Positions 1 to 8,117 of a DNA stretch of 64,000 bases are shown piece by piece. The stretch's first letter is position 1. Every line of letters starts with the position of its first letter. The notes below the pieces were generated by a model. It had not been told where the DNA came from and did not search any database. It was given only the letters and a program-made list of their open reading frames with translations. The DNA lies in contig JBBEAX010000068.1 in the NCBI GenBank assembly GCA_040882645.1, positions 3,230 through 67,229 of the forward strand. The letters are read 5' to 3'. The DNA is from Acidimicrobiia bacterium. GTDB lineage: Bacteria; Actinomycetota; Acidimicrobiia; Spongiisociales; UBA11373. Position numbers and translations under genes: made by a program.

Positions 1-201
1 GTCGTCAACTACGCCAGAGAGATGGGCGCCCCCGCGCTCGAGGCCTACCCCATCGACCCGGAGGACTCGCGGGTCAGCACGGCGTTCCTCTATGTGGGGA
101 CAGTGAGGACCTTCGAGGAGGCCGGGTTCCACAGGGTTGCCCAGACCGGTTCGGTGAGCGCCGGCCTGCCGCGGTGGATCATGCTGCTCGACCTGTCGTG
201 A
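1..201 (+). CDS. 3' end of a probable GNAT-family acetyltransferase (5' part outside window)
   Basis: Frame 1 is open from the window edge to TGA at 199-201. The tail ...LEAYPIDPEDSRVSTAFLYVGTVRTFEEAGFHRV looks like a GNAT C-terminus. Codons are GC3-rich. The family call rests on motif memory only. Confidence 0.4.
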   Translation, partial: VVNYAREMGAPALEAYPIDPEDSRVSTAFLYVGTVRTFEEAGFHRVAQTGSVSAGLPRWIMLLDLS

Positions 202-236
202 TGGGCGCGACCGGCCTTGTACAATCCCGACGCTCC

Positions 237-311
237 GGGCGCTTAGCTCAGCGGCAGAGCGCTGCCTTCACACGGCAGAGGTCACTGGTTCAATCCCAGT
301 AGCGCCCACCA
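237..311 (+). tRNA. tRNA-Val (anticodon CAC), CCA encoded
   Basis: The cloverleaf can be read by eye. Acceptor is GGGCGCT/AGCGCCC, D arm GCTC..GAGC, anticodon stem CTGCC/GGCAG with loop TTCACAC, and T loop TTCAATC. Discriminator A is followed by CCA. Confidence 0.9.
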
Positions 312-339
312 CCCCGTCCCCCGAGGAGGCACCCATGAC

Positions 340-1193
340 ATGCCCAGCATCCGCAACCTCGCGACCCTCGTCCTCCTCACCGTGCTCGTCGCCGGTTGCG
401 GGTCCGTTGCTGATGATCCCGACGAGCCGTGCCCCGAGACCTTCTCCGAGGGCGGCGTGACCGATGGCATCGACCTGCCCGCGCCGGACTGGCTTCCGGC
501 CGCGTTCCCCCTGCCCGCCGGGCTCAGCATCCGGCACATCAACGACGCCACCGACTCGGGGACCCGGGTGGTAACCGGGTTCGTCCCCGAGGTGATCTGC
601 CGGCCATCGTGACCGCGCTGAGAGCCGACGTTCAGAATGGCGGGTACGAGATGCTGCTGGTGGCCGATGGGTTCATCCCCCGCGGTCATATCATCTTCGC
701 CGCCCTCGCCGCACACCCCGGACTCGTGGTCGAGGTCGACGCCACCCCCGAGGAACTGGCGGTACCCAATACCGATGGGGAGTGCCCGATGATCGCCGGC
801 ATCCTGGTGGGGATGCGGTTTACCGAGATGGATCCCGCGGCGGCGAGAGCCCTCTACGCGGGTTCCTCCCTCACCCTCGGCACGGCCACCGCCACGATCG
901 GCGACAACGAATTCGCCGCCACCGGTGAGTGCTTCATCTTCGATGGAGCGCATTCCTTTGGTTCGCTCGACGACATCCTCATCGGTCTCTAGGTGGACCC
1001 GGAGGCATTCGGGTTCGCCAGCGTGGACGAGGTCGACGAGGCCGGGTTCGCCCTCGATGTAACCCCGGTCTCAGGAGTGGTGCCCACCTTCGGGGCAACC
1101 CCCGACGGTTTCTTCGCCGAAGGGATGTTCATCGACGCCTTCGGTGACCTCGGCATCGTCGAGGGGCGCGTCGACGCAAATTGCGGCCCCTAG
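340..1193 (+). pseudogene. Putative secreted lipoprotein with interrupted frame (or three short adjacent ORFs)
   Basis: ORF 340-612 starts with a signal peptide plus lipobox (LLTVLVAGC). Its sequence continues smoothly into ORF 429-992 after a 1-nt frame change near 585-600 (..TGFVPE / GDLPAIVTALRAD..). The frame then continues through an in-frame TAG at 990-992 into ORF 993-1193. Confidence 0.4.
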
Positions 1194-1790
1194 ATCTGCG
1201 GCAGCAGCCGGAAGCCCGACTTCTCGATCACATGGTCGCGTGAGTCCGATGCCATCCGCGCCACCGCCCCCCAGTCGACATGGAGCAGTCTCCCGCCCTG
1301 TTTCATGACCCGCCCGCCGATCAGCACGGTGTCGACGTTCGACGTGTCCATGCCGGCGACGACCGCGGTGACAGGATCGTTCAGTGGGGTCACATTGAGT
1401 CGATCGGTGCGCAGCATCACAATGTCGGCCGCCTTGCCGGGGGTCAGGCTCCCCACCTTGTGCTCGAGCCCATTGGCCCGTGCCCCCTCGATGGTGGCGT
1501 ACCCGAGCACATCCCGCGGCGAGATCGGGTCCCTGCCGTGGGTGGACGCGAGTGCCCGCTGCAACGACATCACCGAACGCATCTGGTTGAACATGTCCCC
1601 CGGCACGTTCGTCTCGACATCGATGCTCAGGCTCGGTGCCAGGCCTCGATCGAGGAACTTCTGGATGGGCGGCATGCCGTGGCCCATCATCATCTCCACC
1701 GGTGATGCGAGCGAGATGGTCCCACCGGTGTCGACGATCATCTGGATCTCGGTGTCGTTGAGGGTCGTGCACGAGTCCTCCTGCCAACGA
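1190..1790 (-). pseudogene. C-terminal relic of a metal-dependent amidohydrolase (deaminase/chlorohydrolase-like)
   Basis: The 183-aa ORF 1190-1741 matches only the C-terminal half of ~450-aa amidohydrolases (..TLNDTEIQMIVDTGGTISLASPVEMMMGHG..GSLTPGKAADIVML..). Similarity runs about 45 nt upstream of the first Met and then ends against the purC start. The N-terminal HxH metal-binding half is absent. Confidence 0.6.
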
Positions 1791-1853
1791 ACGCGCGGAA
1801 CACGGCCGCGCGTCGGGTTACCATCGCCGCAGTCGAGGGGCGGGAACCCAACC

Positions 1854-2588
1854 TTGGAGCGGCCGGTCTACGAGGGAAAGGCGAAGCGGGTCGTCTGGCA
1901 GCCGGACGGCAGCGCTCACATCTATTACAAGGATGACGCCACTGCGTTCAACGGCCAGCGGCACGAGCAGTTCGAGGGGAAGGGCACCCTCAACAGCCAG
2001 ATCACCGAACGCCTCTTCGAGTACCTGACCGGCCAGGGCATTCCCACCCACCACATCGGCCGCATCGACGACCGCACCCTCGCCGCCAAGTTCGTCGAGA
2101 TCATCCCCATCGAATCCGTCGTTCGCTACAAGGTGGCGGGAACCCTCGGCAAGCGAACGGGACTCGATCACCTCGCCGAATGCGATCCCCCGATCATCGA
2201 GATGTACTACAAGCGCGACGATCTCGGTGATCCCTTGATCAACGACGACCATGTGCGCCTCCTCGAACTGGCGACCCCGGAAGAGGTCGCCTGGCTGCGA
2301 GCCATGTCCCGCCGAGCCGCCGACGCCTTGCGCGACCTCTTCTTCAAGGCGGGGATCGACCTGGTCGACCTCAAGTTCGAGTTCGGCAGGACCGCCGACG
2401 GCGAGCTAGTCCTCGCCGACGAGGTCTCTCCCGATACCTGTCGCTTCCGCGACCTGGCGACCGGGGAAATCCTCGACAAAGACCTATTCCGCTTCGACGA
2501 GGGGGATCTCCTCGCCGGATACCGCAAGCTCCTCGCCCACCTCGACCGAGCCCTTGCCGCGGAACCGGGTGCCAGTGTTCAGAGTTGA
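1854..2588 (+). CDS. purC: Phosphoribosylaminoimidazole-succinocarboxamide (SAICAR) synthase
   Basis: LERPVYEGKAKRVVW..DDATAFNG..GKG.LN matches the PurC N-terminus. I chose the TTG at 1854, preceded by GAGGGGCGGG. The ORF-track start at 1305 would overlap the opposite-strand relic. Confidence 0.9.
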   Translation: MERPVYEGKAKRVVWQPDGSAHIYYKDDATAFNGQRHEQFEGKGTLNSQITERLFEYLTGQGIPTHHIGRIDDRTLAAKFVEIIPIESVVRYKVAGTLGKRTGLDHLAECDPPIIEMYYKRDDLGDPLINDDHVRLLELATPEEVAWLRAMSRRAADALRDLFFKAGIDLVDLKFEFGRTADGELVLADEVSPDTCRFRDLATGEILDKDLFRFDEGDLLAGYRKLLAHLDRALAAEPGASVQS

Positions 2589-2826
2589 ACTGGCGGTCCG
2601 CCCCCGCCCCGGTGTCAAGGACCCGCAGGCGGAGGCAGTTCAGGAGAGCCTCGCTCGTCTCGGCCATAGCGGGGTGACTGTCGATTCCGTCGGCCGGTCG
2701 CTGTCCCTCACCATCGACTGCCCTTCCGCCGAGGAGGCCGAGCGGATCACCGCGGACCTCTGCGAACAGCTGCTGGTCAACCCGAACCTGGAGACCTATA
2801 CGGTGTCGATCGCGGGCTCGACGTGA
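2554..2826 (+). CDS. purS: FGAM synthase subunit PurS
   Basis: An ~85-aa protein ..VELAVRPRPGVKDPQAEAVQESLARLG.. lying between purC and purQ. The start is TTG 2554 or GTG 2569/2575. The stop overlaps the purQ GTG (GTGA). Confidence 0.85.
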   Translation: MPRNRVPVFRVELAVRPRPGVKDPQAEAVQESLARLGHSGVTVDSVGRSLSLTIDCPSAEEAERITADLCEQLLVNPNLETYTVSIAGST

Positions 2827-3575
2827 GCGGCCCGCGGGCAGCCGTCATCGTCTTTCCCGGGTCCAACGGGGACCGCGACCTTCTCGAAACGCTTCACACG
2901 GCCGGATTCGACGCCTTTCCCCACCCTTCGGGACGAGCGCTGCCGGAAGACGTGGTCCTCGCCGGACTTCCGGGAGGTTTCTCGTTCGGCGACTACTGGA
3001 GGGCGGGGATGCTCGCCAGCCAGGAACCGGCGGTGCGCAGCCTCGACCACCTCGTCGAGCGGGGCGGACTGGTGATCGGAGTGTGCAATGGCTTCCAGAT
3101 CCTTGTCGAAGCCGGGCTGCTTCCCGGGGCGCTGTCCTACAACGATCCGGCAGGGTTTCGCCATCGATGGGTCACTCTCGAGTGCGCCTTCGACTCCGGC
3201 AGCCCCTGGTTCGAGGCCGTGCCCGCAGGCACCCGGCTGCGGATGCCGATCGCCCACGGCGAGGGCTCCTACTTCCACCCTGGAGGATTCGACGCGGTGG
3301 CCGCGCATGCCCCGCTGCTCTACGAGAACAACCCCAACGGCTCCGTGGGTGGCGTGGCGGCGCTCCTCGACGGTACCGGGCGGGTGTTGGGGATCATGCC
3401 CCACCCCGAGCGTGCCTCGGATCCCGACCTCGGGAGTGCCGATGGGCTCAGGCTGTTCGAGGGCGCCTGCGGCGCCGCCTCCCGCCTCCCGCCTCCCGCC
3501 TCCCGCAAGACCGCGGCCTTCCGTCCTCCGCACGACCAGTCCGGTATCAGGACTGACATCAGGAGCGGATCGTGA
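2823..3575 (+). CDS. purQ: FGAM synthase glutaminase subunit PurQ, with an unusual ~35-aa C-terminal tail
   Basis: Carries the class-I glutamine amidotransferase triad context (GVCNGFQIL, MPHPER). The tail after ..GLRLFEGA is encoded by a GCCTCCC heptad repeat element. The stop overlaps the purL GTG. Confidence 0.9.
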   Translation: MSGPRAAVIVFPGSNGDRDLLETLHTAGFDAFPHPSGRALPEDVVLAGLPGGFSFGDYWRAGMLASQEPAVRSLDHLVERGGLVIGVCNGFQILVEAGLLPGALSYNDPAGFRHRWVTLECAFDSGSPWFEAVPAGTRLRMPIAHGEGSYFHPGGFDAVAAHAPLLYENNPNGSVGGVAALLDGTGRVLGIMPHPERASDPDLGSADGLRLFEGACGAASRLPPPASRKTAAFRPPHDQSGIRTDIRSGS

Positions 3576-5752
3576 CGCTATCGACCGAAAACTCGGCGCG
3601 CGAACTCGGACTGGCGATGGGGCTCACCGGAGTGGAACTCGACCACATCGTGGCCGAGTTGGGACGAGAGCCGAACCGGGTGGAACTGGCGGTGTTCGTC
3701 GGCATGTGGAGCGAGCATTGCTCGTACAAGTCGACGAAGGCATTACTGGCGACCCTTCCCTCCTCGGGGCCGGGCGTCCTGGCAGGCCCGGGAGCCCACG
3801 CCGGCACGGTCGATGTCGGCGACGGGTGGGCGATCGCCTTCAAGATCGAGAGCCACAATCACCCGAGCGCGGTCGAGCCCTACCAGGGAGCGGCAACCGG
3901 GGTAGGTGGAATCCTCCGCGATGTCGTCGCCCAGGGAGCCCGGCCGGTGGCCGTCATGGACGCGCTCTGCTTCGGAGACCCCGCCTCCCCCCGCACCCGA
4001 TGGCTCCAGGACGGGGTCGTCGGCGGCATCGGCGGCTACGGCAACTCGTATGGCGTACCCAATATCGGCGGCCTCACCGTCTACGACACCGGGTATGAAG
4101 GGAACCCCCTCGTCAACGCACTTGCCGCCGGGTTGGTCCGCCACGACGGGATGCGCACCGCAGCCGCCACCGGCCCGGGCAACGCAGTGCTCATCGTCGG
4201 CGCCACCACCGGGCGCGACGGCATCCTCGGCGCGGCGTTTGCTTCAGAGGAGCTCGGCGAGCACCACGAGCACACCGCGCGCCGATCGCACGTCCAGGTG
4301 GGCGACCCGTTCATGGGCAAGAAGCTGATGGAGGCGATGCTCTCGTTCGACGACGGGCTCGTCGCCTGCCAGGACCTCGGAGCGTGTGGTATCGCCTGCG
4401 CCACCGCCGAGATGGCGGCTGCGGGCGGCAGCGGCTTCGACATCGACCTCGATCTGGTGCCGCAGCGAGAGGCCGGCATGGAGCCCTTCGAGGTCCTGCT
4501 GTCCGAGTCGCAGGAGCGCTTCATGCTGGTGGTCGCCGCGGGCCGCGCCGAAGCCGCTCTCGCCCACTTCCGCGACCACGGCGTCCACGCTGCGGTCTGC
4601 GGCACCGTCACCGACTCGGGCCAGATGCGGGTGCGCCACGACGGCACGATCGTCGTCGACGTGCCCGCCGCCCTGGTGGCCGACGGCACTCCGGGCCAGC
4701 AGTGGGAGACAGGCACGCTCCCCGGCCCCCGGCCGTACCCCGACTTTCCGATTCCGGACGACCTCGGCGCGGTGCTCGTCCAACTGATCGCCCAACCAGG
4801 GATCTCTGACCATTCGCGGCTCTACGAGCGCTACGACCAGACCGTGGGGAATCGCACCATCCGCGGGCCGGGCCAGGGCGAGGCGGCGGTGCAGAAGTTG
4901 CCCGGGTCCACGGCCGGTTACGCGATCAGCCTGGTGGGTGGCGGTGAGCGCTGCGCCGTCGACCCCTATCTCGGCATCCAGGCGCTGCTCGGCGAGGCCG
5001 TTCGCAACCTCGGCTGCGTCGGAGCACGGGCCGTTGCAGTCTCCGACGGGATCAACGCCGGGTCGCCTTCCGATCCGGTCGAGTTCGCCCGCCTGGCGGC
5101 CTTGATTCGGGGCCTCGGCGACGGTCTCCGCTCACTCGACCTCCCGGTGACCGGTGGCAACTGCTCGCTGTACAACGAGTCGCCCGCGGGTGCGATCCCC
5201 CCCACCCCGATGATCGGTGTCGTCGGCACCGTCGGAGACATCCGCCGCATACCCGCCGTTGCGATGAAAACCGGCGAGATCCTGCTTCTCGCTGGATCAC
5301 CCCCCGGCGAGCAAGGTCATGCCGCCTACGGACGACTGCTCACCGGATCGTCCGGACCCGCCCCCTCGGTCGATCTCGCCGCCGACCGACGCCTCGCCGC
5401 GTTCTTGGTGGGGCAGATCGCCGCCAGGCGGATTCGCGCGGCGAAGGACTCCGGACGCGGAGGCCTTGCCGTCGCCCTCGCCAAACTCTGCATCCGCGGC
5501 GGCGTCGGCGCCGAGGTCCGGGGCGGCGAGTGGGGCAGCCGCCCCGACTGGGCTCTCTTTGGCGAGGGGCCAGGGGCGGCATGGATCGCCACCCGGCCTG
5601 AGGACGCCGGGGCTTTGATCGCCGACGCGGCGCCTGAAGGAGTTCCGGTGCAGCAGGTGGGAGTGGTCGGCGGGAACCGCCTCACGATCGGTGGAATCAT
5701 CGACCTCGCCGTCGGGGATCTGGCGACCGCCTACGCGAAGGAGCCGGCATGA
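3572..5752 (+). CDS. purL: FGAM synthase II large subunit PurL
   Basis: A 726-aa product with ..WSEHCSYKS.., ..ESHNHPS.. and AIR-synthase-like repeat domains. It is coupled to its neighbours by GTGA and ATGA overlaps. Confidence 0.95.
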   Translation: MTLSTENSARELGLAMGLTGVELDHIVAELGREPNRVELAVFVGMWSEHCSYKSTKALLATLPSSGPGVLAGPGAHAGTVDVGDGWAIAFKIESHNHPSAVEPYQGAATGVGGILRDVVAQGARPVAVMDALCFGDPASPRTRWLQDGVVGGIGGYGNSYGVPNIGGLTVYDTGYEGNPLVNALAAGLVRHDGMRTAAATGPGNAVLIVGATTGRDGILGAAFASEELGEHHEHTARRSHVQVGDPFMGKKLMEAMLSFDDGLVACQDLGACGIACATAEMAAAGGSGFDIDLDLVPQREAGMEPFEVLLSESQERFMLVVAAGRAEAALAHFRDHGVHAAVCGTVTDSGQMRVRHDGTIVVDVPAALVADGTPGQQWETGTLPGPRPYPDFPIPDDLGAVLVQLIAQPGISDHSRLYERYDQTVGNRTIRGPGQGEAAVQKLPGSTAGYAISLVGGGERCAVDPYLGIQALLGEAVRNLGCVGARAVAVSDGINAGSPSDPVEFARLAALIRGLGDGLRSLDLPVTGGNCSLYNESPAGAIPPTPMIGVVGTVGDIRRIPAVAMKTGEILLLAGSPPGEQGHAAYGRLLTGSSGPAPSVDLAADRRLAAFLVGQIAARRIRAAKDSGRGGLAVALAKLCIRGGVGAEVRGGEWGSRPDWALFGEGPGAAWIATRPEDAGALIADAAPEGVPVQQVGVVGGNRLTIGGIIDLAVGDLATAYAKEPA

Positions 5753-7119
5753 TCTCGGTCCCGCTCGACAAGCTGCGGGAGAACTGCGGAGTCGTCGCCG
5801 TCTACAACGTCGACGGTGCCGCCCCGCTGGTCCACCGGGCGCTGTTCGAGCTCCAGCACCGGGGGCAGGAAGCCGCGGGAATCGCTTCGACCGGAGCCGA
5901 CGGCGAACTGCACATGGAGAAGGGCCAGGGCCTCATCGCCGATGCCTTGCCGTTCCATCGGATCGAAGCGATGGCGGGGACACGAGCGGTGGGCCATTGT
6001 CGGTATTCGACCGTGGGGCCGGAGCAGAACACTCAGCCGTTCGTCGCCAACACCCCGTACGGCAAGATCGCCCTGGCGCACAACGGCAACATCAAGAACG
6101 CCGACGAGTTGCGCAAGAGTCTCGAGGCCGAGGGGTCGTTGGTTGCCACCTCGCTCGACACCGAACTGCTGGTGCACCTCATCGCCCGATCGCAGGCGCC
6201 CGACTTCCCCGGAGCGCTGCGGTACATGGCAGAGCGGGCCGTAGGCGCGTATTCGCTGACAATGCTCTGCAACGGAACGATCTACGCCCTGCGCGACCCC
6301 AATGGCTTGCGCCCGCTGGTCCTCGGCGAGATGAAGGGCGGATGGGTGATCGCCTCCGAAAGCTGCGCCCTCGACGTCCTCCATGCCGAGCACATCAAGG
6401 AGATCGCCCCCGGCGAACTCGTCACTATCGGTCCGGAGGGCGTGACGACGCTCCAACTGCTCGAGCCGGCCCGGCCCAGCCCCTGCGTGTTCGAACTGGT
6501 CTACTTCTCCCGCCCCAACTCGACGGTGTTCGGCCAGTCGGTCAATAGCGCAAGGATCCGGATGGGCATGGAGTTGGCGGTGGCCGACGAGGAGTCAGGC
6601 TCGCCCCGTCCCGATGTGGTGATCCCGGTGCCGGACTCAGGCGTTCCGGCGGCGATCGGGTACTCCCGTCGCAGCGGGGTGCTGTACGAGAAGGCGATCC
6701 TCCGCAGCCATTACGTGGGACGTACCTTCATCCTCCCCGATCAGGATTCCCGGACGGCGCAGATCGAACTCAAACTCTCGGTGATCCGCGACGCCGTCCG
6801 GGGGATGCGGGTGATGCTGATCGACGATTCGATCGTCCGCGGCAACACCTCTCGCCAGATAGTCCAGATGGTGCGCGACGCTGGTGCGTCCGAGGTGGTG
6901 ATGCGCGTCGCCAGTCCTCCCCTTGCCTGGCCCTGCTACCTGGGTATCGATACCCCAAGCCGCGAGGAGTTGGTGATCAACCGGGCAGGCTCGGTCGAAC
7001 GGGTGGCCGACATGATCGGGGTAGATGACCTGCGCTACCTGTCGGTCGAGGGTCTGCGGCGGGCCACCGGCAACGGTGACTTCTGCATGGCCTGTATGAC
7101 CGGGGAGTACCCGGTGTGA
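5749..7119 (+). CDS. purF: Amidophosphoribosyltransferase
   Basis: Has the N-terminal nucleophile context ..ENCGVVAVY.., then HRGQEAAGI and a PRPP loop ..VMLIDDSIVRGNTS... Confidence 0.95.
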   Translation: MISVPLDKLRENCGVVAVYNVDGAAPLVHRALFELQHRGQEAAGIASTGADGELHMEKGQGLIADALPFHRIEAMAGTRAVGHCRYSTVGPEQNTQPFVANTPYGKIALAHNGNIKNADELRKSLEAEGSLVATSLDTELLVHLIARSQAPDFPGALRYMAERAVGAYSLTMLCNGTIYALRDPNGLRPLVLGEMKGGWVIASESCALDVLHAEHIKEIAPGELVTIGPEGVTTLQLLEPARPSPCVFELVYFSRPNSTVFGQSVNSARIRMGMELAVADEESGSPRPDVVIPVPDSGVPAAIGYSRRSGVLYEKAILRSHYVGRTFILPDQDSRTAQIELKLSVIRDAVRGMRVMLIDDSIVRGNTSRQIVQMVRDAGASEVVMRVASPPLAWPCYLGIDTPSREELVINRAGSVERVADMIGVDDLRYLSVEGLRRATGNGDFCMACMTGEYPV

Positions 7120-8117
7120 ACCGGCCGCTCTCGTACGAAGCCGCGGGAGTCGGCATCGCCGCGGCCGAAAGGTTCATCGAAGCGATTGGCCCGATGGTCC
7201 GGTCGACCCACACCGAGGCGGTAGTCGCCCACTCCTCCCGGTTCGCCGGGCTGATCCGTCCCGACACCTCGGGCATGACAGATCCCCTGATTGCCGCCAC
7301 TTGCGACGGGGTCGGCACCAAGGTCCTACTGGCGACCGAGCCATCGCACTATGAGGGCCTGGGACGCGATCTGGTGGCGATGAACGTCAACGACCTGCTC
7401 CCCCTCGGTGCCCGGCCCTTGCTGTTCCTCGACTACCTGGCGGCGGGCAGGCTCGACCCGGCTCGCCTCGAAGCCGCGGTACGCGGGATCGCCGCCGCCT
7501 GCCGGGAGGCCCGCTGCGTGTTGCTGGGCGGCGAGACCGCGGAGATGCCCGACGCCCTCCACAACGACACCGTGGAGATGGCCGGATTCTCGGTGGGCGT
7601 GGTCGACGCCACCACCCTGCCCGATCCCGCCACGGTTCGCCCGGGCGACACGGTGGTCGCCTTGCCATCAACCGGACTGCACTCCAACGGGTTCACCCTC
7701 GCCCGCCGTGCCCTGATCGACCGCGGTGGTTTCGACCTCGATGACACCCTGCCCCGGCTCGATCGAACCGTCGGCGACACCTTGCGTACCCCGACCGCCA
7801 TCTACGTCGACCGGGTGCTCGGCACCGCCTTCAAGGCAGCGGCGCACATCACCGGAGGCGGGTTGCTCGGCAGGATCGCGGCGATGCTCCCCCAGGGACT
7901 CGGTGCCAGCATCGACCCCGATGCCTACGAGCGGCCTCCGGTGTTCGATTTGATCGCCGAAGCGGGAGAGATCGCCGCGGCGGAGATGGCGGCGACCTTC
8001 AACATGGGCCTCGGGTTCGTTGCCATCGTCGCGCCCGGCATGGAGCCCACCGACTGGATCCGGGTCGGCGAGGTCGTCGAAGGCGGAGTGACCGACCTCG
8101 GCTATGCCGCCCGCTAG
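7116..8117 (+). CDS. purM: Phosphoribosylformylglycinamidine cyclo-ligase (AIR synthetase)
   Basis: YEAAGVGIAAAE.., ..DGVGTK.., ..HITGGG.. are typical PurM motifs. Confidence 0.95.
   Translation: MNRPLSYEAAGVGIAAAERFIEAIGPMVRSTHTEAVVAHSSRFAGLIRPDTSGMTDPLIAATCDGVGTKVLLATEPSHYEGLGRDLVAMNVNDLLPLGARPLLFLDYLAAGRLDPARLEAAVRGIAAACREARCVLLGGETAEMPDALHNDTVEMAGFSVGVVDATTLPDPATVRPGDTVVALPSTGLHSNGFTLARRALIDRGGFDLDDTLPRLDRTVGDTLRTPTAIYVDRVLGTAFKAAAHITGGGLLGRIAAMLPQGLGASIDPDAYERPPVFDLIAEAGEIAAAEMAATFNMGLGFVAIVAPGMEPTDWIRVGEVVEGGVTDLGYAAR

Noticed and set aside
1762-1775. GGGTCGTGCACGAG upstream of purC, resembling the 5' GGGUCGUGAC core of the ZTP (pfl) riboswitch that controls purine genes
   Set aside because: The obligatory 3' sub-domain (CCGCCUGGGCA-like) and the P1/P2 pairing partners are not present before the purC start. 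The sequence is explained as antisense of the amidohydrolase relic (..CTTLND..).
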